Shown here: piece after piece, positions 10,195 through 19,262 of the stretch
How positions within the stretch are numbered: position 1 is the first letter of the stretch
How the letters are laid out: each line of letters begins with the position of its first letter
Assembly (NCBI RefSeq): GCF_006345805.1
Contig: NW_021823837.1
Location: 1-22,213 of the forward strand
DNA length: 22,213 nucleotides
Origin: Octopus sinensis
Lineage: Eukaryota
Direction: 5' to 3'
Notes under the pieces: model-generated
The model's input: the letters and a program-made list of their open reading frames with translations, nothing else
Told to the model about the DNA's origin: nothing
Databases searched by the model: none
Position numbers and translations under genes: made by a program

Positions 10195-10494
10195 TGCAAC
10201 AGCCTGAGCTTTAGGGGACCACAGCTCTTCAGTATCCTTTTGAAGGACCTGAGAGACCTGTATGGGGTGAATGTAGGAATTTTCAATACGAAACTGGACC
10301 TCTTACTGTCAAGTATCCCAGATAAGCCACCTTTACAGCAGGAAGTGCAGATGAAGGCAGCGGCATCAAACTCCCTCATGCACCAAATGCCAATTTCTAA
10401 AAAGAATTAGAGAAGTAAAATTATGTAGCAACACCAAATGGCGGTGCCCCAGCATGGTCACAGCTCTTGAGGTGAAACTAGATCAAATCAAATC
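10195..10494 (+). mobile_element. 3' end of a CR1-group non-LTR retrotransposon (ORF2 C-terminus, 3' UTR, TCAAA tail repeats)
   Basis: [45 protein letters not shown]...[11 protein letters not shown] (stop 10408-10410) fits the post-RT motif GPxLFNxLPxxIR...FKxxLDxxL..IPDxP...SNSL; followed by ggcggtgccccagcatggtcacag and gatcaaatcaaatc. Confidence 0.83.
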
Positions 10495-10558
10495 GTATAG
10501 AGGTAGGACGGCAGGTAGACAGGCCGAGAGACGGATGAATTGAATAGAGACAGAAGAT

Positions 10559-10619
<61 letters not shown>

Positions 10620-10922
10620 TACACATATACATATATACATATATACATATATACATATATGCATATATATTATTCTTATATAAGAATGTTGTTGTGAGTG
10701 TCTTCGAAGCTTCGGCTGTCTAGACTTTCGTCGGTCGGGATAGTGCTGCCGCAAGTTTCACAGGCCCCTAACAGCATTCTAGAAGTCTGGAAGAGTCGGG
10801 TTCACGTTAGAAGCCTGTTAAACTTAAAGTATCACGGAAGCGAATCAAACTCGTTTAAATAATTCATGTGACTCCTGCTAAATGTGTTGGATGTCCTTTT
10901 CTTTCGAACTCGTGCACATATT

Positions 10923-10960
<38 letters not shown>

Positions 10961-10963
<3 letters not shown>

Positions 10964-11130
10964 GCCATGATAGATCGCTAGCCCCTACACATTCTTTATT
11001 TCTCTCCTTGTTTATTCTGAGTTCCTTTCTGTGGAAAAGCGTAGCCTCGAAACGTTAAGACTTTTTCATTTCCCGAGCGTTAAACTAATACATCTATTGT
11101 TGTCTACACCATTTTTTGCGAATTCTCTCC
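10961..11130 (+). mobile_element. Solo Penelope pseudo-LTR copy 3 with hammerhead-like core, inserted in (TA)n
   Basis: ctttCTGTGGA-A-AAGC-GTAG-CCTC-GAAAC-GTT-AAGA at 11025-11060; homologous to 7110-7288; TA tracts on both sides. Confidence 0.75.
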
Positions 11131-11186
11131 TTATATATATATATATAATATATATATATATAGATATATATATATATATATATAAG

Positions 11187-11239
<53 letters not shown>

Positions 11240-11436
11240 GTGCTCTGAGCACCAACAAAGATCATATGAGATGTTCTCTCCTTGTAAATATCACAGTATC
11301 CTGTGTTCTAAGACAGCAGCCACCTTTAAGTGGAAATAAATATTAACTTTCTGTACTAATACTGCCTTTGTTGCTACAAATTATCATTATGTACATACAC
11401 ACACACACACACACATACACACACATACATATATAA

Positions 11437-11483
<47 letters not shown>

Positions 11484-11931
11484 GTGTGTGTGTATGTATG
11501 TATGTACACATATACATAAATAATAGATACAGATAGATACGCGTAAACACGCTGTAAATTATTGATCTTCTGTCTGGTCAAAACAAATCTTTATTGTCTT
11601 CTTAAATATATTAATCATTATCACGCCTTCTTAGTCATTACTATTGTTTTTGCTTTCCTTATTTAGCCCCAGGTGATCGCTAATCTAGTAGATCTCTGGC
11701 CAATGATGTAGCAGCTGTGGTCATCACGTTTCGTAAATTACCGTCTGCATTGTTTCAATGTTTACTTCATTATTCAACATAGTAACATACCTTGTGGTGT
11801 GTGAGGGATTTTACTGCAATTTGTCTTTGGTGGAGCGATAAAGAAGAAGCAACCTATTTGGTTTCATATTTTTGTGTTAGAGTGTGCGATTGAATCAGAG
11901 ACAAGTTCACTCTCTCTCTTGACATCTAATT

Positions 11932-12326
11932 GGAAATGGATGGAAGCACTCCGTCGGTTATGACGACGAGGGTTCCGGTTAATCCGAATCAACGGAACAG
12001 CCTGCTCGTGAAATTAACGTGTAAGTGGCTGAGCACTCCACAGACACGTGTACCCTTAACGTAGTTCTCGGGGATATTCAGCGTGACACAGAGAGTGACA
12101 AGGCCGGCCCTTTGAAATACAGGTACAACAGAAACAGGAAGTAAGAGTGAGAGAAAGTTGTGGTGAAAGAGTACAGCAGGGATCACCACCATCTCCTGCC
12201 GGAGCCGCGTGGAGCTTTTAGGTGTTTTCGCTCAATAAACACTCACAACGCCCGGTCTGGGAATCGAAACCGCGATCCTATGACCGCGAGTCCGCTGCCC
12301 TAACCACTGGGCCATTGCGCCTCCAC
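11932..12326 (-). mobile_element. Full-length tRNA(Arg)-like SINE, family II, with perfect 12-bp target-site duplication
   Basis: Head GTGGAGGCGCAATGGCCCAGTGGTTAGGGCAGCGGACTCGCGG...GGTTTCGATTCCC (A and B boxes); TSD TGACATCTAATT at 11920-11931 and 12327-12338; short TTCCA-type tail repeats. Confidence 0.93.
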
Positions 12327-12690
12327 TGACATCTAATTACCTGGGAAAGAAATGACATAAGTTAAAATATCTCATTACTATCTCTCGCTGAAATATATTA
12401 TTTATGTTCAAACTTAATCACATTTGAAATAATGGTCCTGGCTACATCGATAGCACAGTCTACCTAGCTGTAAGTAGGTGCAACATTTTGAGAGTGTTAA
12501 CTCTTGTAAGAGGTACAACACAGTAAATATAATCTTAGTAAACGTTACCTTGCATAGCCAGAAGGATGTTGAAATTCACTCTAGGTGATCTAGTCATCAA
12601 TAGAGATAACCAACAGTAAATGGATGCTTTCCTCTTACTATTATTGTATTTTGCGATTTACGATGGAATATTATATATCTATATATACTG

Positions 12691-12911
12691 AAGGTAGCGA
12701 GCTGGTAGAATCGTTAGCACGCCGGGTGAAATACTTGGAAGAATTTCGCCCTTCTTCATTTTCTGTGTTCAAATTCCGCCTAGGTCTACGTTTCCTTTCT
12801 TCCCTTTCGGAGTCGATAAATTAAGTACCACTTAAGAACTTCAGTTGATGTACTCATCCTACTCCCTACCCCGAAATTGCTGGCCTTGTGCCAAAATTTG
12901 AAATCAATATT
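12691..12911 (+). mobile_element. SINE family III (tail type C), diverged
   Basis: aaggtagcgagctggtagaatcgttagcacgccggg head, gttcaaattcc B-box, cctttcggagtcgataaattaagtacca central domain. Confidence 0.85.
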
Positions 12912-13440
12912 ATATGTGTGTGCGTGTGTGTGTGTGTAGAAATAATCAGAAAGTGGAGAAAACCTCAGATCAACAAACAAAACAACTGGACTACATCTAA
13001 AGCTTGTTATTTAATACAAAACGTGACACAACAATCCTTACGGCCGTTTCCGCTACCGATGCCAATCAGTGCCTACAAAGAATTGCAAACATAATATTTT
13101 TTCATTTCCATAGGTCATTCGAACAAGAACACGGAGCTTCATCAGAGTTTATACAAAAACGTTCAAAATAGGCAAAAGAAAGAGGGAATAGGAAAGAAGT
13201 CTGGAAGAAATCTAGAAGTCCAATAAATTAAAAACATACTATCTTCCTTCATAGAGCTTCGAAGGCCGTAGGTAAAAGAGTGATCTAGCAATGGTCTAAG
13301 GAAAGCTTATTTTCGGGTTATTTCAATATAAAAGGGGAGCCAAAGTGTTTTAAATGTTGTGAAAAGAAATTAGCAAAAAAAAAATAATAATACATGAAAC
13401 CGAAAGAATAAAAGAATATATACTGAGAGAGGGAAGAATT

Positions 13441-13793
13441 TTTAACTGGAAGCACTCCGTCGGTTACAACGATGAGGGTTCCGGTTGATCCGAATCAATG
13501 GAACAGCCTGCTCGTGAAATTAACGTGTAAGTGGCTGAGCACTCCACAGACACGTGTACCCTTAACGTAGTTCTCGAGGATATTCAGCGTGACACAGAGA
13601 GTGACAAGGCCGGCCCCTTGAAATACAGGTACAACAGAAACAGGAAGTAAGAGTGGAGTGAGAGAAAGTTGAGGCGAAAGAGTACAACAGGGGTCGCCAC
13701 CATCCCCTGCCGGAGCTTCGTGGAGCTTTAGGTGTTTTCGCTCAATAAACACACACAGCGCCCGGTCTGGGAATCGAAACCGCGATCCTCCAC
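13441..13793 (-). mobile_element. SINE family II, second copy, 43-nt deletion in the tRNA head, 10-bp TSD
   Basis: Colinear with 11932-12326; TSD GGGAAGAATT at 13431-13440 and 13794-13803. Confidence 0.92.
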
Positions 13794-14453
13794 GGGAAGA
13801 ATTAGTGACACACAGAGATAGGTACACACACACACACACACATAGACATTTCCACTACGTCCACATACACTTGACAACATACACAGCCACCGTCACCTAA
13901 CCATTCTCACACTATTCAGACAACGCACCCGCACCCGCACTTCTCCCCCTTTCACGCACGCACACACACACACACACGCATGCACAATCACACGCAAGCA
14001 CACACACGCGCACACACACACACATAAATACACAATCACACCCATCCATTCACACACCATTCAGACTGGTTCAGACTGCCGCTCGTACACCCTTCAGACT
14101 GCCCCCAACTTACTACTGACCATTTTCTCTTGTTCTTTAACTAGACGTTAGGTTATAATTTAAGAAGTACTTGTTCTCTACTTCTTGCATGTCAATCGAA
14201 TGCTAGAGGTTCCGTAAAATAATTGCACGCTTATAGAATAACCAAACAAAGCCTAAATTGAGCAGCAAAATCTACGCCCTCTTTTCAAAGACACAAACTT
14301 TATCAGCTCTGAAAGATTTTTCGTATATCAGCACTTCACACTAGTTTACTACATTCATATTTGACATAAAGCAATTGTTATACAGGAAAGCTCCCTGAAC
14401 GACACGCAAAATACCAGGAAAATGATGGGGAACAGCAGACTCACACACACTAA

Positions 14454-15052
14454 AAGGCGGCGAGTTGGGCGAAATGCTTAGCAGTATTTCATCTGTCTTT
14501 ATGTTCTGAGTTCAAATTCCGCCGAGGTCGACTTTGCCTTTCATATTTTCGGGGTCGATTAAATAAGTACCAGTTACGCACTGGGGTCGATCTAATCGAC
14601 TTAATCCGTTTGTCTGTCATTATTTGTCCCCTATGTGTGTAGCTCCTTGTGGGCAGTAAAGAAATAGGTATTTCGTCCGCCGCTACGTTCTGAGTTCAAA
14701 TTCCGCCGAGGTCGACTTTGCTTTCATCCTTTCGGGGTCGATTAAATAAGTACCTGTTGCACACAGGGGTCGATCTAATCGACTTAATCCGTTTGTCTGT
14801 CCTTGTTTGTCCCCTCTCTGTGTAGCCCCTTGTGGGCAGTAAAGAAATAAGAAACATTAGCACGCCGGGCGAAATGCTTAGCCCTATTTCGTCTGTCTTT
14901 ATGTTCTGAGTTCAAATTCCGCCGAGGTCAACTTTGCATTTCATTTTTTTTGGGTCGATATATTAAGTACCAGTTACGTACTGGGGTCGATCAAATCGAC
15001 TGGCCCCCTCCTCAAAAATTTTCGTGCCTTGTGCCTAGATTAGGAAAGAATT
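14454..15052 (+). mobile_element. Head-to-tail trimer of family III SINEs (units 14454-14667, 14668-14850, 14851-15052)
   Basis: Three successive gttctgagttcaaattccgccgaggtc...ggggtcgat...aagtacc...ggggtcgat bodies; units 2 and 3 are 5'-truncated and abut the aaagaaata tail of the previous unit. Confidence 0.92.
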
Positions 15053-15729
15053 TTAAATGACTACTATAGCAGTTCCTGCTTCTCCGAATTAGTAAGATCA
15101 TAGCCGTCGCACCTTATTTCCGAAGCTTGTATCGATCTTAGCCGCCTATTGTCTCTGATGTTATTATTTCGACTAAAATATATAGCTAAATAAATTATTT
15201 TCAGTCCTATTCAATTAAAACACGAAAATATTGTCAATACTTGAGCCGAACATTGCCTCCAGATGGAATAATTATAATTATTTTGAATTGAAGAATTGAA
15301 AATAGAAAACTATAAAGAACGACAGAGGGGAAAAATTTAGGAAAAGAGAAATTCGGAACACGCATAACCAAATTTTGGCAAATAAGATATGTGAAAGTGT
15401 ATTTAAGCCAAGATATACCTGGAGAGAGAAGACCAATAACTGCAATAGCGGCTTTTGATTTGGACACAAAACCTATAAATTTGAGGAGAGGGTGTTATTC
15501 GATCCTGCCGTCATAAATTCATGTGTAGTACTTTGTTTTGCTGACCCTTGAAGAAAAGGAGACTATATTAAGCACGGTGAGGTTTGAACTCAAAATATGT
15601 TAAAATAGTTGGAGTAAATACCTCAAAGTAGTTTCTCAGACCTCTGCAATGATTCTGCCAGGTCACGGATTTCTGATCAGCCACAATAACGATGGAAAGA
15701 ATGTTTCTAAGATAACCACAGAAATCAGA

Positions 15730-15911
15730 AATTTTGAAGGAGAAGGATAGTTGTAAATACCCACTCCACTTCTTGGCTGGTACTTTATTTAGCAACCGCA
15801 CAGGAATGAAAGTTGAAGTCATCGGGATTTGAACTCATAGTGTAAAGAGCTTGAAGAAATAAGTTAAGGCATTCTGTTCGACGCGCTAACGATTCCACCA
15901 GTTCACCATTT
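15730..15911 (-). mobile_element. Diverged family III SINE on the minus strand (copy 1)
   Basis: Reverse complement reads aaatggtgaactggtggaatcgttagcgcg...tgagttcaaatccc...aaataaagtaccag. Confidence 0.78.
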
Positions 15912-15918
15912 AATCTTA

Positions 15919-16136
15919 AAGGCGACGAGCTGGCAGAAGCGTTGGCACGCCGGCGAAATGCTTAGCCCTATTTCGTCTGTCTTTATGTTCTGAGTTCAAA
16001 TTCCACCGAGGTCAACTTTGCATTTCATCTTTTTGGGGTCGATATATTAAGTACCAGTTACGTACTGGGGTCGATCAAATCGACTGGCCCCCTCCTCAAA
16101 AATTTTCGTGCCTTGTGCCTAGATTAGGAAAGAATT
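15919..16136 (+). mobile_element. Chimeric family III SINE at the duplication junction
   Basis: 5' part identical to the 17003 SINE head, 3' part near-identical to the 14851 unit. Confidence 0.9.
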
Positions 16137-16813
16137 TTAAATGACTACTATAGCAGTTCCTGCTTCTCCGAATTAGTAAGATCATAGCCGTCGCACCTTA
16201 TTTCCGAAGCTTGTATCGATCTTAGCCGCCTATTGTCTCTGATGTTATTATTTCGACTAAAATATATAGCTAAATAAATTATTTTCAGTCCTATTCAATT
16301 AAAACACGAAAATATTGTCAATACTTGAGCCGAACATTGCCTCCAGATGGAATAATTATAATTATTTTGAATTGAAGAATTGAAAATAGAAAACTATAAA
16401 GAACGACAGAGGGGAAAAATTTAGGAAAAGAGAAATTCGGAACACGCATAACCAAATTTTGGCAAATAAGATATGTGAAAGTGTATTTAAGCCAAGATAT
16501 ACCTGGAGAGAGAAGACCAATAACTGCAATAGCGGCTTTTGATTTGGACACAAAACCTATAAATTTGAGGAGAGGGTGTTATTCGATCCTGCCGTCATAA
16601 ATTCATGTGTAGTACTTTGTTTTGCTGACCCTTGAAGAAAAGGAGACTATATTAAGCACGGTGAGGTTTGAACTCAAAATATGTAAAATAGTTGGAGTAA
16701 ATACCTCAAAGTAGTTTCTCAGACCTCTGCAATGATTCTGCCAGGTCACGGATTTCTGATCAGCCACAATAACGATGGAAAGAATTGTTTCTAAGATAAC
16801 CACAGAAATCAGA

Positions 16814-16995
16814 AATTTTGAAGGAGAAGGATAGTTGTAAATACCCACTCCACTTCTTGGCTGGTACTTTATTTAGCAACCGCACAGGAATGAAAGTTGA
16901 AGTCATCGGGATTTGAACTCATAGTGTAAAGAGCTTGAAGAAATAAGTTAAGGCATTCTGTTCGACGCGCTAACGATTCCACCAGTTCACCATTT
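16814..16995 (-). mobile_element. Diverged family III SINE on the minus strand (duplicated copy 2)
   Basis: Identical to 15730-15911, shifted by 1084. Confidence 0.78.
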
Positions 16996-17002
16996 AATCT
17001 TA

Positions 17003-17408
17003 AAGGCGACGAGCTGGCAGAAGCGTTGGCACGCCGGGCGAAATGCTTTGCGGTATTTCGTCTGCCGCTGCGTTCTGAGTTCAAATTCCGCCGAGGTCGA
17101 CTTTGCCTTTCATCGTTCGGGGTCGATTAAATAAGTACCAGTTACGCACTGGGGTCGATGTAATCGACTTAATCCGTTTGTCTGTTCTTGTTTGTTGCCT
17201 CTGTGTTTAGCCCCTTGTGGGTAGTAAAGAAATAGGTATTTCGTCTGCCATTACGTTCTGAGTTCAAATTCCGCCAAGGTCGACTTTGCCTTTCATCTTT
17301 TCGGGATCGATTAAATAAGTACTATTTACACACTGGGGTCGATGTAATCGACTTAATCTCCTTGCTTGTCCCCTCTATGTTTAGCCCTCTGTGTGTAATA
17401 AAGAAATA
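17003..17408 (+). mobile_element. Head-to-tail dimer of family III SINEs (17003-17235, 17236-17408)
   Basis: Full head aaggcgacgagctggcagaagcgttggcacgccgggcgaaatg; junction aaagaaatag|gtatttcgtc. Confidence 0.92.
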
Positions 17409-17436
17409 AAAATGTCTAATATAGGCGCAAGACCAG

Positions 17437-17658
17437 AGGGTGGCGTGCTGGCAGAATCGTTAGCAAACTGGGCAAAATGTTTTAGGGGCATTTCGTTCGT
17501 CTTTGCGTCTTGAGTTCAAATTCTGCCGAAGTCAGCTTTGCCTTACATCAGTTCGGGGTCGATGAGGTAAATACCAGTTGTTCACTGGGGTCGATATAAT
17601 CGACTTACATCTCTCCCCTAAAATTACTGGCCTTGTACCAAAATCTGAAATCAATATA
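17437..17658 (+). mobile_element. Family III SINE (tail type C)
   Basis: gggtggcgtgctggcagaatcgttagc head, gagttcaaattc, ttcggggtcgat, tail aaattactggccttgtaccaaaatctgaaatcaata, shared with 12870-12911. Confidence 0.86.
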
Positions 17659-17724
17659 GACACGGGGCCAGATGTATTGATCGGGAAGGAAACAGATATT
17701 TTATTTTAGATATTTCATTTTAAT

Positions 17725-17794
17725 GGTGAAGACGCATGGCCTAGGAGTTAGTATGTTGTCCTCACAATTATAAGATCGCAGTTTCAGTTCCTGG
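17725..17794 (+). mobile_element. Isolated degenerate tRNA-like SINE head (family II-related)
   Basis: ggtgaagacgcatggcctaggagttag...aagatcgcagtttcagttcctggg aligns to the family II head. Confidence 0.55.
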
Positions 17795-17860
17795 GAATGT
17801 TGCTAATTTCTAAATCACTGTGGATTGCATGTATAGCAACTATGACTGCATGTATTTTGA

Positions 17861-18568
17861 TTTAAAATTCAACTAAGTTATCATTATCTATAAAAATAAT
17901 AATAAGGTGGTCAGCAAATATGCAAAATATATAATAAAAAGTCAGGGTACACTATGTACCTGTTCGCTTGAAATAGGAATCAAAACCCTGCAAAAGCACG
18001 CATTTCGCACGAGCAAATATATTTCTCCGAAGCAGTCCTCCCACTTTTAAGATACATTTAGTGAAATACAAATAAGATCATAGAGGTCCTAGTTTCAATC
18101 CATTTCGCTTTCTGTATTGAACCAACACGTAAAGCTCGTCAGCTGGGCTTACTACATATTCTATTTCAAAAAACATTTACCTTTCCTTGCTCGTTGTTCA
18201 ACTCGAGGCCCTGCGACTTCCAAACGAATGCTATTGAGCAAGTATAAATTTAAAATTCAAAATAATTTATCATTGTCTATAAGAATAAGAATAATAAAAC
18301 ATAATTCAAATAAGCAAAATATACAATAAAAAGTCAGGGTACACTATGTACCTATTTCCTTGAAAGGTACATATTTTGTACAATTTTGAAAGGTACAATT
18401 TTGGAGGAGTTAAAACCCTCCAAAATTGGTACTAGGATGTCTATGATCTTATTTATATTTTACTAAATGTATCTCACAAGTGGAAGGACTGTTTCGGAGA
18501 AATATATTTGCTATATTCTCCGTGCGTGTTTTACATAAAGTGAGAGATGTGTGGTTTTTGAGGGTTTT
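17861..18568. repeat. Composite direct plus inverted repeat (A-B-spacer-A-B inverted), unclassified
   Basis: Direct repeats 17861-17973 and 18249-18365 with a 29-nt identical core (17933-17961 = 18325-18353); inverted arms 18013-18098 and 18426-18511 (76/86 identical), weaker extension to about 17982 and 18568. Confidence 0.85.
18181..18230 (-). CDS. Candidate 50-nt exon (FVWKSQGLELNNEQGK or IRLEVAGPRVEQRARK)
   Basis: GC-richer island bounded by tgctcaatag| and AAG|gtaaat; two frames open. Confidence 0.35.
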
Positions 18569-19215
18569 AAACTTGAATGTATAAACTACGAATATATCAG
18601 AACATAAAAGTTTAAAAGCTGCTGTTTTGGAGTAGTCTCCTGCTAACCCTAACTGTTCTACCCTATACCACTCGTGGAAAGAATTTTGGTTAAGGAATGC
18701 TTAAAAATATAGGTGGTGATCTCAAATTGCCATATTTGTTAGAAGATACATTACTTTTTTTCTTGCAGTGTATCATTAAGCAATGTCACGTTTGAAAATA
18801 TGTTTTCGAGAGTAATCTAGAAAAAAAAATAATAAAAATCTAAATTTTTAGAAAAGTAGTATGGATGAGAATGGATCCACTTCAGTCAAGATTAGAAATA
18901 AAACATAAACAACAAAATCTCTGAAGAATTTTACTCTAACGAAGCCATGTTGCAATAGGTTTCAAGCAACGAGAAGAATTTGGTGATGAGGAGAAGTAAA
19001 TTCTAGATGCATTAAAATTTTAATAAAAAGAATCCTTCTCAATAACATATTAAATTACCAACTAAGTAAATTAGAATCAACTTACAGAAAATCCTTTTCT
19101 TTTCCTTTTTTTTTTTTTACAATTTGCTCGCAAAATTTTTCGCTTTCGACTAATATTTAACGTAATCGACTACTTTCAGAGAACTTTGTGTTACTTTTTA
19201 TGAAATTGATCTTAC

Positions 19216-19262
19216 AAATCTGGTTCAATTTATTTCTAAACACTCGTAGATTCTGTTGGTAG
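19216..19262 (-). CDS. Candidate 47-nt exon (YQQNLRVFRNKLNQI)
   Basis: Acceptor cttgcccgccttcactctag|, donor TTT|gtaaga; one frame open. Confidence 0.28.

Larger units (their letters stand above)
14860..17048 (+). repeat. Tandem segmental duplication, period 1084 bp (copy 1 about 14860-15944, copy 2 about 15945-17028)
   Basis: Manual comparison finds only about 3 substitutions and 3 single-base indels; duplicated ORFs 15234/16318 and 15278/16362 are offset by exactly 1084. Confidence 0.97.

Noticed and set aside
9970-10410. 146-aa ORF as a cellular gene
   Set aside because: First half is (TA)n; only the last about 71 codons are real and belong to a LINE ORF2 C-terminus.
10705-10734. Palindrome CGAAGCTTCG with upstream CCGACGA on the minus strand as a hammerhead
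   Set aside because: Core has two defects, and stems I and II do not pair convincingly.
2213-11581. Numerous 60-200 aa ORFs rich in YI/IY, HT/TH, CV/VC, LS/RE dipeptides (also at 21543-21943)
   Set aside because: Translations of stop-free dinucleotide microsatellites, not genes.
12250-12326. tRNA-Arg gene
   Set aside because: tRNA-like head of a SINE: no proper acceptor stem, continues into the SINE body and is flanked by a TSD.
14454-15052. CRISPR-like or satellite array
   Set aside because: Units are 180-215 bp SINE bodies without unique spacers; eukaryotic context, no cas genes.
15205-15244. LKHENIV, resembling protein kinase subdomain IV, after a tttcag acceptor (duplicated at +1084)
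   Set aside because: Stop follows two codons later and no other kinase motifs are nearby; probably chance.
15234-16848. Paired identical ORFs (77 aa, 63 aa and related) as a duplicated gene
   Set aside because: Low-complexity AT-rich frames that are identical only because of the tandem duplication; no homology evident.
18643-18653. Interstitial telomere-like CTAACCCTAAC
   Set aside because: Fewer than two full units; expected by chance.
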